NCBI GenBank assembly: GCA_001938485.1
Contig: MQRK01183114.1
Coordinates: 1 to 53,073, forward strand
Direction: 5' to 3'
Length of the DNA stretch: 53,073 bases
Source: Girardia tigrina
Taxonomy: Eukaryota
Positions 23,140 to 36,074 of this stretch are shown in pieces. Below the pieces are notes generated by a model. That model saw only the letters and a program-made list of their open reading frames with translations. It did not search any database and was not told the DNA's origin. Made by a program: the position numbers and the translations under genes. The stretch's first letter is position 1. The number at the start of each line of letters is the position of its first letter.

Positions 23140-26100
23140 TATAAATATTATAAAATTAAAATCAAATGTAAAAAATCGATTAACGATTGGAATAATTATA
23201 ACGAATTTCCAAGCCGCTATTTCGTACATCTCAAAACAACCTTTCGAAAACCGAATCGAAATATTTAGATTCAACCCATATTGAAGATACGACAAACAGA
23301 CTACCCTATTCAATTCGACTTTCTCTCAGTCCGAATCATTGCAATTATCCTACCGATATTCCAGATAACAAGTCCAATTAAAATTATCCTACTCACTATG
23401 TCGACAAGCAAGCATCACTGTCTATATCATACATCAAGTACTCTCGTAGCAGCATTCATATAATACCCGCTCAAGTAATATTTCTTATCGTTTGGTTCAA
23501 TCAACAAACTCTATATTTCTCGTTTATTGTGATAGACTTTACAACTATTTTTTTATCCTTCCGTTACACTCTATTTGGTTTTATTATATTATTAATTATA
23601 ATTATTATTATATTATATTATAATTATATCATCATTTACGAGTTATCATTACACTAACCCCATCTTATCCTTGATATAACTACATTAATTATAACTATCC
23701 GAACGTAAATACTGTTCAAATATTTTTTATTGGTTTTGAGAAGGACATATTCGGCGGATTGTTTTGAAGAAACGTTTAAGATACACTTCTTTTGTATTTT
23801 TTTAATAATATCTCTTATTTAAACTGATCTTAAAGAGCAGTGCTAGCAGGTGGATAGTGGAGGGTGATTTAAAGCTCGGACGTTACTTGCCGGGACCATT
23901 TTATTTTAGGTGATTGTTTATTCATCGAAATTTTTTTTAATAATAATAATTATTCAAATTTTAATTTAAAAATTTGTTTAATGTTCGAACAACTTTATTC
24001 ACTAAAAAAAATCAAATTCTCTAGTAATCACAATGTCGAGATTCCATTTCTTTTAACAACAATTCACAAAATCGTTTCGCAAAAATTTTCAATTTCAATA
24101 GCAGTCACAGTCTTGAGATTTGTTTTCATTTAGCAACAAAATCATAAAATATCGTTCGCAAAATATACCTCAAAATGTCGTTTACAATACCAAATTTCAA
24201 ATTCGCCTTCACTGAAAAGATCATTCGTGACATTAAAAAAACCCACAATTGTCAATCGACAAAAATCATAAAAATAAAATGAAATAAAAAATAAATAAAA
24301 TAAAATCATAAAAAAAAGTTTTAGTCCAAGACCATTTTAATCTCTCAACTCGATAGGTCATCGGCACACACACACACATTCAGCCAATCCAATGCATAAT
24401 TATACTCGACACACAGTTAATTGAATCCTTTGTTCCTTTGTATATATATATAGCAATAAAACAGATCGATATTGTCATTCAAAATCATAAATGATGGTAG
24501 ACAATTCAAAATTCAAATTATAATTGTATTTTAGACAGAAGGATGGTTCTCGATATAAAAAACGATAATGCGAACAATATTATAAATAAAGATTTATTCT
24601 GAAACATTTCCAGTTGATGTAAACTAGTGATGGTACATCCATCCATGTTGACACCTCCGTCCGACTCAGTTGATATTTCCTGTTATGGGAATGATTCTTT
24701 TCGATTATTTTCTAACTCCATAGATGGAATAAAGTCATTAAAGACTTGCAAATCTGATTTAAGGATTTTCTTCGACATAATACTACACAAACTACAGTAA
24801 TGTCCATAATGTACAATTTAATACTTTATTAAACTTACGAAGCATTAAACGCACCAGTGTTGTTTTTCAGGCAAAACTACACTACGAATGAACTCATAAG
24901 AAAGGAAATTTTAGTTGTGATTAATACACTGTGTACGCTATGTTGACGATGTCTACACATTCTAGAACAGTATTTTAAATTGAAACTTACGAAACGCGCT
25001 CTGAAAAATTAAATTACAAATGATCATTTACATTCTGTATTACAAATAATTGTATCGACTTTTGATCCAGACATTCAACTGTCTGTTTCTGATAAACAAC
25101 TGCTAACTTATTAACACCAAACTTTGAAGAATGAAATTGAAGTTGGGATAGATTCATTTTTCATTCACTCCTAGGCCTGTCTTGTAGACTATTGTTTGAA
25201 GAAAATCGTTTCTAAACTCTATCTACTGTTTGCACAGAGCATTACAGTTGCTCGTGGAGCAATGTGACAATCTCAGCACGTTTTGCTGTCATGCGTTTAC
25301 AAAAGAATGTGTAAATATCAAAGATTGATATTGTGGTGTACCACAACATTTATATTTATTGTACAGAGTTTTTGTAAAAAGTAAAGTTTTATTTTTTTAA
25401 TGAAAAAAGAATTATTTGATAAGAAAAGTTGATTAATTTATGTAAAAAATGTTTGCTGTATGGCCTATTCTGACTTGGACGGTATTTTAGACACCTATTT
25501 TTGTGATTTAGAAATCGAATTGTGTAATATTTGTTTATTCGAATCATGATAGAGATAACGGCGCGAATTAATTTGACTTGTAAGTCGACATTTGTAATTT
25601 TGTTAAAAGCAACTAAAATAAAAGTTTTGGTGGAATTGCTTTTCCTTTTTTTGATATTATTGGCCATGATTAAATTTAATATTCGAAAAATTATATTTTT
25701 TATTTCCTTTGCGGCCGTTTTGTCAGCCGTTGCATTCGCGGAGATTTTCAGTCCTTTAGTGGTGACGCATCGTTGTCATTCCGGCATCGTTCTCGATCAA
25801 TTGATGCTCGCCGAAACAGCGGATTTGTCGACCGCGCTACAATGTACAGTTTTCGACACCAGGCTGATTTTTGATCGGTTTCCTGGAGCTCGGAGTCAGT
25901 CCGGCGTTTCAGTCGAGCCCCGAACCATCACAGATATAAAAGAATGTTAATAATTATAATCTCTAAACCCAATATAAATAAATTTCTAGATATCAGCTTA
26001 AGTTCCTGCTATCTAGAGTCAAAGTTCATTGACAAGACTTTCACAACTTTCGGTGTACATAAATTCATATAAAATGGATAAAAGGAAGTTGACGTATTTC

Positions 26101-27724
26101 GATATTAAAATCACATTATCAGGTCAATCCACACATGTAATTAACTAACACATGATAAGGGACTGGGTAATATTTTAAAAAATATTTAACGAATAAATCA
26201 TTGGATTAAAATGAATTTATTTCATTCTCCTTAAAAATTTAGCAAAAATACACCAAATGTGATAACTTCCATTTGCACAAACAAACCTCTGTCAATATCA
26301 ATTGCCGTTTGAGAAAGGTTATGTTTACTCTATCGTTCCGTACTTTACAAAGTAACGAAAAATAAAATAAATTATCATTAAACAACGGCCAAAATATTCC
26401 TAAAATCCCGAGTTTTCAGAATGAATTGGAGTAGGAATTGACATTCCTTGGACTTCCAAATTATTAGATTTTTCGACATAATCTGCCTTTCACAATATAC
26501 AACAAACAATCCCTTTTTCAAAGCAAATCTTCCTTAGTTACAATGTGTTTCCTCAATTACATTATTATCTTTTTCAAGGATTATTAAAATCTCCTTCCTC
26601 TTATGGCTTGGAAATCAGATTTTGTTTTCATAAAACAACAGAGACTTCCTTTTCCCTAGCACTTTTTATAACGTTAGGTCGAATGTTTTTCAAACCTGAC
26701 TTCTATTGTTTCTTAATTGTCTTTTTCATGAAAACAGTCTTTTGTAAATTATTTTTGTATTGAAGAGATTTTTCTGGGAATTATTAAATATTTTGAATTT
26801 TTTTGTCTTCTTTGATCGTCAAACTATTAAATTATTAATTTTAATTTTTAAAACTACACAGCAATGATACATTATAGCTTTTGTTAAGCTTGTTTGTTAA
26901 GCTTAATGATGATTCCTTAATTAAGCTAGCAAATGATTCCTTAGTGAATTTGTCTTATTCATTGTTCAAAAAGAAAACTATTTTAATACATGTGAATAGT
27001 GTCCATGGAGTCCACAAGAACAATGTGGCATTGTTATGGAAAGTTTGTGTCGTTGCAGAGAAGAATAAGAAATTTTTATTATTACTTTTACTCTTTGGAA
27101 AATATATGGAAGAAGTTGAAATTGGGTACAATAATTCAGAAATTTGTAGGGTTGCTTATCAAAATGACTTTATATGTGTTTGTCTCATAAAAATGGAACA
27201 AATCTTCTGCAAGACATTCTTAATGGATAAAACTTAACAAAAGAAGGAAAGAATAGATATTTAAAAATCATCAACAGAAAGAAATACATGGGTTATTAGT
27301 TAATAAATATTTTAAAATTACAGTTATTTTAATCTTAAACCCCAAAAGATTTTTTAGAAAAGCTCTGTTTACTAAGCTTGAAAATCCTTAGTATTTGATA
27401 AAAAAAGTAAAAAATAAAATAATACAAATATTATAAGAGCAATGAAGTTTTTTAGTGTAAAAGAGCTAACTGAAACGGATGTTACTATGAGCTCTTTTAA
27501 CAAATGATATAAATAAATACAAATATAAAAAAATAATTTAACTAAACTATATAATAATATAATAAAAGAAAAATCACAAACGTGTTCTGTCACAGCAATT
27601 AATGACGTGATAATTGTTCTGATTGTCGACAATGGCGGAAAACGGGTTGTCAGTGGTCGTATAATTTGTATTACAATTGAAAATTTTGAATGAGCTCGAG
27701 AGAGATTCTTTGAGTAGTAATTAA

Positions 27725-28136
27725 CAGCCGGCATTACTCAACAGTAAGGGACCAATTCTTCTGCATCACAACGCTCGTCCACATATTGCAAGAAAGACCA
27801 TGCTGAAGTTAAACGAACATGGATATGAAACTTTGCCTCATCCACCGTACTCATCAGACCTGTCTCCTACAGACTATTACCTCTTCAAACATTTCAGCCA
27901 ATTCCTTCGTGGAAAATGCTTCAGAAACCAAGGAGATGCTGGAAGAGCCTTGGACGACTTCCTTGCCTCCAGGACTCCAGAATTATATGAAACTGGAATA
28001 AAAAAATTGTTACCCGTTGGTAACAGTGTGTTCAATTTAAGGGCTTTTATTTTGACTAATAAAGTTAATTGTAAAGAATGTTATGTTCATTTAAAGTTTA
28101 CGGTTAAAAAACGACATTTATTTTGCATCAACCTAA
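27725..28136 (+). mobile_element. Mariner (DD34D, Hsmar1/cecropia-like) 3' fragment with right TIR
   Basis: KGPILLHHNARPH...HPPYSSDLSPTDYYLFKH. Right TIR AAAACGACATTTATTTTGCATCAACCTAA followed by TA. Confidence 0.92.
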
Positions 28137-28671
28137 TACTTCGAAAGGAGAACTTAGACTCCAAAATAAAGAAAGTATTTTCTTTCGAATAAAATTTTTA
28201 TTATTTTAATGTTAATTAAAAAACAATAAATGTGTCTTTTTTGTGGAGACGAAATTTTTTAAAAATTACAAGAAAAAAATATAAAATACGTAATTATAGT
28301 TAATATAAATTTTAGTTCTTTATATCTGTAAACTTCAAGTTTTGGATTTACAAAAAAATGTCTGTTATTTTTTAACAACTACATTATGTTATTAGTTAAT
28401 TTACTTTAATTAATTAATTTTTTTTTATATTCGAGAAATAAATCATGACTGAAATTAGGATTAAATTCTAATAAAAACATGTTCCTTCAACATAATGAAA
28501 ATATTTTATTATTTATTTTAATATTTTTGTGTTTTATGAGTAACTAATAATAAAACTTATTTATTTATATTTCAATATCTCAATCACGAAATAGTTTAAA
28601 TAGTAAAAGTGATATAGAAATATTGAGGGTGTTCCAGATGTTCTGTATTTAAAACTTTTCGTCAATAATTT

Positions 28672-29309
28672 CCTGACCCTACAAATTCGTGCCGAAAAAT
28701 GTGCGTACCAACAAAGGAATGTCAAAACCGACAAATGTTGATTTTTTATTATTAGTTCGTTAATACTAAAAATATTTTTGAAATAATAATTTCAAAAATG
28801 TATAAATTTATAAATATAAAAATAAGTTTGTTTTAAATAACTACAAACAAATAAATTAACTTTGAATATTATGCATATCATTAAGTCATAGAAAGGAAAG
28901 AAACAAATGCTTTATGAAGGTTATAGATATCGATGTAGCAAAGGACAACAAGATGAATCACCTCCAGGCAGATTTGTCAAACGAGAGTGTGCCGGAAGAC
29001 TGAGGAAAGAAACTCATGGGACAGTACTGAATATTACTAATCATATGCATGCTCCAGACAATTCTAGAATTGAATCTGAAAAAATCAAAAAAAATATGCA
29101 TGAACGAGCTTAAACAGCGTTGAAAAACCTCGACAAATTGTTTTAAACATCAAAACAGGAGTTTCATTGGATGCAGCCCACCTGTGTCCATCCATTATAT
29201 AATTTTTTTTAAAAGTTACTCATTAATTATGCAATCCCTTTTTGGCGCATTTGTCTGTGTGCATATTTTTGGTCATCGCATTTGAGGTGCGCACATTTGT
29301 CGGGGTACC
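28672..29309 (+). mobile_element. Internally deleted MULE-like element with FLYWCH domain remnant
   Basis: KS*KGKKQMLYEGYRYR...FVKRECAGRLR...NHMHAPD is FLYWCH-like. Imperfect TIRs CCTGACCCTACAAAT / ATTTGTCGGGGTACC with repeated ACAAATG-like subterminal motifs. Flanks CAATAATTT / ACATAATTT resemble an eroded 9-bp TSD. Confidence 0.7.
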
Positions 29310-29569
29310 ACATAATTTATACATTTATAATAACTATTATCATTTAAAAAAGAAAGCCCATTTTATTACTTTAAATATTTGACTTGACTTAATTATGAAT
29401 GCGTCACACGACACTCTCCCAGTAAGTGCCCAAATCTTTACACAGAAACTTGAAATTATCAATATTAATATCACATTTGTATTGTTTTCCTATGTTCTAC
29501 AATATTTTTCTTACTTTGTTTTTGACTCTGATCTTGAATTTGTTACCGAGTTGACAGTCTCTCCAATGT

Positions 29570-29848
29570 ATTGAGAGATACAATCAGAAAATTGTCAAAA
29601 TGAACTAGAAACTCCAACAACAACAACCTCCATTAGTCAATAGGAAGGGGCCTATTCTTCTTCACGACAACGCTCGGCCACACATCGCACGTCTGACAAT
29701 CCAAATGTTGAACGAACTTGGCTACGAAACTTTGAGTCATCCACCATACTCCCCTGACCTCTCGCCCACTGATTATCACTTTTTCAAACATCTTGACATT
29801 TTCCTCCAGGAGAAATACTTCAAAAATCAAGGGAATGCTAAAATTGCC
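29570..29848 (+). mobile_element. Mariner transposase catalytic-domain fragment
   Basis: LVNRKGPILLHDNARPHIA...GYETLSHPPYSPDLSPTDYHFFKHLD. Confidence 0.92.
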
Positions 29849-31444
29849 CCAAATAAAAAAACTAAAAAAAGTAAAACTGGTCGGCAAATCAAGTAATGGA
29901 AAAAAAGATTGTGAACAACACAAAAAAACGAATACTACCAAGACGACGAAAAACCGATCTTAGCACTACAGTAAGTTTTTTCGAGCACACACCAAACCAT
30001 ATAAATTATATCTATAGTAGTGATAAATTTAATAATTTAAATAGATATAACCAATTAAATATTTTTTTTAAATAAAAGGCTTATGGTAAATTTAAATTAA
30101 TTAGTATAATGATAAAATTTTATAAAAATTTCTAGTTATAATTTAAAAATAAATTTTATAAATTTAAAGTTTTAAAATTAATTAAATTTTAGAAATTGAA
30201 TTGGAAGAAAAATTTAAGAGATTGATTTTGGCAAAATAATTGAATAACAAGAAATTTGTTTGATTATGTGAATTATTGTTATTAATAAAATTTTGGTGTT
30301 GAATTATGAATTTCGAGTCTAGTGATAATCAGAATGGCACAAACTCTACTTACGCTGGAGATTAGTTTTTGTTTTGTTTTCTTTGATAGAAAAATGTTTC
30401 GAGTTTTCATTTAAATATTGCGATTGACTAAACCATATAAAATGTATAATCAACAGTTGGAATTCGATTTGGACAAGTGAATCGGAATCATTGATCGATT
30501 ATGCTGATGATTATTAAAACACAATTAACAAACTGATTGAAATGCCGACAAATCTGAGTTTATTTCGAGATTGAAATCGATAAATTTTATTGATTATAAG
30601 AGTCAAATTTGATTTTTGTTTTTCAAAAGGATCGATTTTGTCAAATGCTACACAAAATATGTGCTTTGTTTAAATTATTTTACCAGACTCATGTCGAGGA
30701 AGTCAAAAATAAAATGGGTACGATTTCATCCACGGAAAGTTTTCAATTCAATTTATCCGTTGACGATGTATGAGAAGAGAGAAGGAATCTAGCAAAATGT
30801 CATTTACTTTCTCCGAGAAAGCTCGAACTCTACATCCGAAAATTGAAAATAACAATAATATACAATTCTAATTTTTCGACTTTCAGAAATCTCAACATTA
30901 AACATATAACTAATATATATTAAGTTTATCTGAAACATTTTTACCCCCACATGATATTTCCCAAAAGTTTATTAACACATCAACTAAGAAAACAACAGAT
31001 GTTGTTTATTTGCATTAATTAAATAATACTTTTTGGTGATTAGAAAACAAAAAATAGTATTTATTTTCCTAACTAAAGTATGGAGAAAATAATTTCGTCT
31101 CAAAAAGAAATTGTATTATATATAAATAAATGCAATTATCGATTAATTCTTCAAATTTGAATTTAACAAATAATATATCTTGAAATGTTAAAACGTTTGT
31201 TCATAAAAATTTTGAAAAGGAACGTAAACATTTTGTAGTGTTAAAATTGTATACAATACGAACTAGTTTAGTTCATTTGTTTGCCACTTAATAAAAAGTC
31301 ATGAAATGAACGGTTAATATAACTTTCTTAATAATTAGAAACAGTTATAATTATAATTAAAATCATGAAACGAAAGGTTAACACTATCAGTCATAAAAAC
31401 TTTCGCGAGGGGCCAGTGTAGCATTGAATTTTTATTCCCTAAAT

Positions 31445-32742
31445 TGTTACGACCCAGTAAGAATTCCTCGTTGAGATATTACTCTCACTATTTTATTTTC
31501 ACTCTCTTAGTAAAAGACGTTATTTTACTGCTTTCAAACTGATCGCCATTGCAAAATTCCATGAAACGCTGCGACCATTAAAAAGTTTGTTTTAGAAAGT
31601 CAATATCCGGATGACTTGAAAGATAAAGATGATAAAGCGAACTTTCACAGGATAGTGAGTCAATTATATCACGTATATATATATATATATATGTGTGTGT
31701 GTATTTGAACAATTTATTTTGTGGTTTTCATAATTTTGTTCGAAATCTAAAATAAATTATACTTTATCATAGGTAGGTAATTAAAATTGCAAATAGGCTC
31801 AAATTTTTGATTTCGTAGGTTGATTGATATTACGATTTTCTTAAAATATCAAGGGGTAAAGAGGAAAACGATGTACGTATAAGATAGTTAAACTCAAAAT
31901 TTTGTTGAAAGAAATAGAACAGTTTTCATTTTTTTAAATTTAAATTTTACAGCGTTTAGAATTTCACTACGTAGCCTGATTTATTTTTATTGTTTTTGTA
32001 TACATTTATCCAGTCAGTATTAAACTGCTTTAAAGAAACAGATTTTTACTTTGTAATAAAAACTGTATGAAATGAAATAATAATCTGTCCATCTAATTCT
32101 AAAAGTTTCTCATAATAGATCAGAACAAAGTTTTACAAGGGTAAATTTTATATATACAAAAACATACATTTATTTTATCTGATTTGTTTTTATTGTTTTT
32201 CTATGCGCAGGCTTTAGTCATATAAACAAATGAAGAACAGATAGAGATTATTCGCATGGTTCATCAAGGAACCAGCATCAATATGATCTCACATTGGAAT
32301 CAATGCTACGACTGATCACATCAAGAAAAGATTCTTTTGGCATGGAATGTATGTAGTCTAAATATAATTTTTTTACATAATGTAGATGTGAAAAAATATA
32401 TAAGCAGTTGCGATCGTTGTCAGAAATCACAAGATCATCAACTTACATGTGCTCCACCTTTACAGACATGGACGATTCCCAACAAAGTGATGCATCAGGA
32501 TGGTATCGATATAACCCAACTCCCTGAAGTAAATGGCATAAAATATTTTATTGTCTTGATTGACTACTTTTCCAAATGGATGGAAGCTAATGTTGTTGGT
32601 AATAATAGCGTAGTGATTGTAGCGTCTTTCATTTCTGATGTGTTTTGTCGTCATGGGTGTTTCCATGTACAAATAAATGACCAAGGATGCGAGTTCGTCA
32701 ATTCTGTTTCTGAGACACTACACAAACTTACTGGTGTACAAT
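31445..32742 (+). mobile_element. Ginger/GIN-type integrase-like transposase pseudogene split by introns
   Basis: Segment 1: IKKFVLESQYPDDLKDKDDKANFHRI|GTGAGT (~31577-31654). Segment after the ...GCGCAG acceptor (32210): EQIEIIRMVHQG...H/GINATTDHIKKRFFWHG. Then DVKKYISSCDRCQK (HHCC zinc finger), GIDITQLP, IDYFSKW and QINDQGCEFVN. No RT or RNase H upstream. Candidate TGTT left end at 31445; 3' truncated. Confidence 0.8.
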
Positions 32743-33046
32743 ATTACAACGAGGTGAAAGATAATATACTGTTATGTCAATCAACTCGTTTTATTATAAA
32801 TTTTACAAAAGGTAACAACAAAAGTATTCTTTTATAAACTGTATAATTATAATAATTATTGCTGTTAGAAAAGCTATTTGCAGTGCAAACCTCGTCAAAA
32901 TTCGAGTCCATAAATAAAATTTATTCTATTAAAAAATGTTGATTTTTTAAATTTTCGCTTCTTGTTATTTCAGAATATGTAAACAAAGCTCTTTTTTAGG
33001 AATTTTAATTTTACAATTTTCTAGATTTAACCGTATTATAAATACG

Positions 33047-33094
<48 letters not shown>

Positions 33095-34549
33095 CCTCGG
33101 TTGAGGGAAAATATAATNNNNNNNNNNNNNNNNNNNNNNNNNNNNNNNNNNNNNNNNNNNNNNNNNNTTCTCATTATTTCTCTCTATAATTCTATTTCTA
33201 CTATTTCAACTGCAATTACGAAAATTGAAATTTCCAAATCCGAATCGGTAAATCGTAAATAATCCACAGAAAAAAAATCTATACTAAATCATCCCAATAT
33301 TAATCTATTTAATATTTACTCACAGAAAAATTCATCGCAACAAGATTAAATTTCATCAGACAACAGCGAAAAAATTGAATCATCCACGTGGGGTTATTAT
33401 TCAAACAAAAAAGTCATCAAATAATAAAATCCATTTTTATGAAATTTTTATTCAAAATTAGTTAAAATGTATCGAAGAATAAATTTACATCGATTGCATT
33501 TTGTGGTCGAAATATTGTGATTAATTAGTAAAAATAATTACTTCAACAATACCGATGAACATATTTTGACAATTTTTAGTTACCGCCTAAAAGAAATTTT
33601 TTCCAATACAATGGGAAGAAATTTTCTCGTTAAATAATAAAATATTTATTCACTCTTCGAATCCTATAAATTCCCTTTGTTTAATATAAGCAGATTAAAA
33701 GAGCGAAAACTAAGAACGAATTGACAAATAAAAAATCAATGATTAAATGCGCTATTAGATATGAAGAAATTATGAGTTCTATTCTGTTTACGGCTCCATT
33801 ATTCTAATTTATAGTTGTTCGTAAATCAAATACAACAATTATCAGGTAAAATTCCTCTATATATTATAACTACCATTGTCAATCGGATATTTGGAGAAAA
33901 CTATTCGATTTATCTCCGTTACCAACTCAATAATTTTGATATATTCCATTTCCAATACAAAGTTACGATTCGTATATACTTTTATTTCCTATTTTTCGCA
34001 AATAAAGCCAGTCGAAGATCAATTATAATCTAAAAAAATATATTCCTCATCAAATTATATCCTAAACATAGACATTTATCACGAAATTTATTTAGACTAT
34101 CAACCTCGTTAATTATTTAGTTTTCAGTATTTGTATATTGTTCTTGTACAATAAACTTAGTTAATATAAAATAATTAATATATTTTTATTGATTATATAG
34201 TTCCTTGTTTGCGGTGATCACAATCAGATAACCCTTAACTATTTAACCAAACAAATTCCTTCACTCTTCGTATTTTAAATAAATACCCAGTTCCCAAACA
34301 TTATTTCCTTTTATCTATTATTGTTAGTGGTATAGTTTTCGGTCTAAGATAACAGTTAAGACTCAGACTCTACCATTACAATAGCCATCTAGTAGGACTA
34401 TGTCGAACCACTTCATGAAATTCTGATTCGTAAAAATCATAACATTCTTTCAAATTTTCTCGCTTTTTAGCCAAATTGGAAAACTCAGCAAACACTTTCN
34501 NNNNNNNNNNNNNNNNNNNNNNNNNNNNNNNNNNNNNNNNNNNNNNNNN

Positions 34550-34619
<70 letters not shown>

Positions 34620-35235
34620 TTTTAATAAGCGTGTTTTTAATGTGTATTCATTGTTTTTGATATTAAAATATATTGAAATTAAAATATTTATATTAAAATA
34701 TTGCAATCATAATATTCCTTACATCACCCTTTTAAAGATTTTTAATTGCTCCACATTACGTACCAATTCTTTACCGTCGTTACTCTTTAGTTTATACGAT
34801 CTATCATGAATCTGACTGACAATTTTGAAAGGACCTTCGTATTTATCCTTGTCTTTATTCCTAATCTCTTTTGTAACCCATACTTCGTCTCCGATATTGA
34901 ATGTTCACCTAGTCAATACTACATTTTCTTGCTGGTTTTCTTTTATTTTTTTTATTATGTCATCTCTATTTGTTTTGTTGTCTTCAAACCACCCGGACAT
35001 GTTTAATGTCCTTCCAAACACTACTTCTGCTGGACTTACTTCTATCGATTTTTGTACTGTTGCATTAAGGGTGACTTCTATATCTGGTAGCAACCTAGCC
35101 CAATTCGTATTATTTCTATCTTTCAATGTCGCATTAATATATTCTCTTATAGTCCAGAACTGTCGTTCGATCATGCCAGTAGTATTGTGGTGGTAAGGGC
35201 TAGACAATTTTAACTCTGATCCTACTTCTTTTTTA
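34550..35235 (-). mobile_element. Gypsy integrase C-terminus, PPT and start of 3' LTR
   Basis: SSPYHHNTTGMIERQFWTIR...SPAEVVFG, then IGDEVWV...YEGPFKI (GPY/F motif). Purine tract AAAAGGGTGA followed by TGTAAGG (LTR start 34723). The LTR runs into (TC)n(TA)n and a gap. Confidence 0.85.
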
Positions 35236-35348
35236 GACCTGCAAGTTTCCTCGATTGATTGTAATAATAATGATTATTTTAATAATAAATGATAATAATA
35301 AAAACAAAATAAAATAATAATAAAATTATACTAATAAAATTAATAATA

Positions 35349-36058
35349 CCGTGTTTCCCCGAAAGTAAGACAGTGTCTTACTTTCTTTTTATCCCTAAAA
35401 GCCCCACTGTGTCTTACTTTCGGGGTATGTCTTATATTGGGAAAAAATTGTTCAATTTTTTGTTTTAATCATAAAATTAACATTTATTGACAACCTGAAT
35501 AGTATTGTATTCACCACAAAACAGGTTAATAAAAGGAAGTGCCAAGAATGTCTTGTTACAACATTGCATAACATGTAAAACAATGAAAAATGGTAAGAAC
35601 GAACAGTGGAATACTGGAAGATAAAACAGATTTATTCCATGACAACCATGTCATCATTCTCTGGGATATCATCATAAACATCCGCACTCTTAGGTTCCTG
35701 TAGATTTTCTTGGGACTCTCGGGACTACATTTCTGGCCGAATCATTGGCCCATATTTCTCATGGGTAGCAACGGCACTGTCCTGAAATGAGCAGGCTTTG
35801 TCCAGGTAGCCAGCTCGCAGAGCATTTGCAACGCAGGTGTTAGTGATCTTATTCCAAGAATTCTTTACCCAGTTAACAATCTCTGACAGTCTGGGCTTCA
35901 CAAAGTTCCCACGTACATTTCTCTCCATTCGGTTTTCAATGTAGTCATTGATTTCCACACGCAGATAGTCCTTGAACGGCTTGTTAATGGCGATATCGAG
36001 AGTCTGAAGATAAGCCGTCATCCCTGCAGGAATCATGATTTGGTCAATTCTCCGCTCA
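35349..36058 (-). mobile_element. pogo-family transposon 3' part with terminal inverted repeat
   Basis: TA-CCGTGTTTCCCCGAAAGTAAGAC terminus. IPAGMTAYLQTLDIAINKPFKD...RGNFVKP is closely similar to the 15560-17313 transposase. One stop (35725) before the acidic C-terminus. Confidence 0.9.
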
Positions 36059-36074
36059 ATTTCCCTTTTTTTTA

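Noticed and set aside
24930-26130. VRYVDDVY (~24933) and LTYFDIKI (~26090), plus a GC-richer patch at 25710-25930, as possible Penelope RT remains
   Set aside because: Motifs are isolated, too far apart and lack supporting context.
26881-27237. 118-aa ORF with faint similarity to the Gypsy RT region (WKV...AEKNK...FGKY)
   Set aside because: Too degenerate; no catalytic motif found.
30354-33400. Minus-strand GTAAGT/GTGAGT donor sites (~21292, ~30353, ~33322) suggesting exons
   Set aside because: No coherent reading frame or recognisable product could be assembled.
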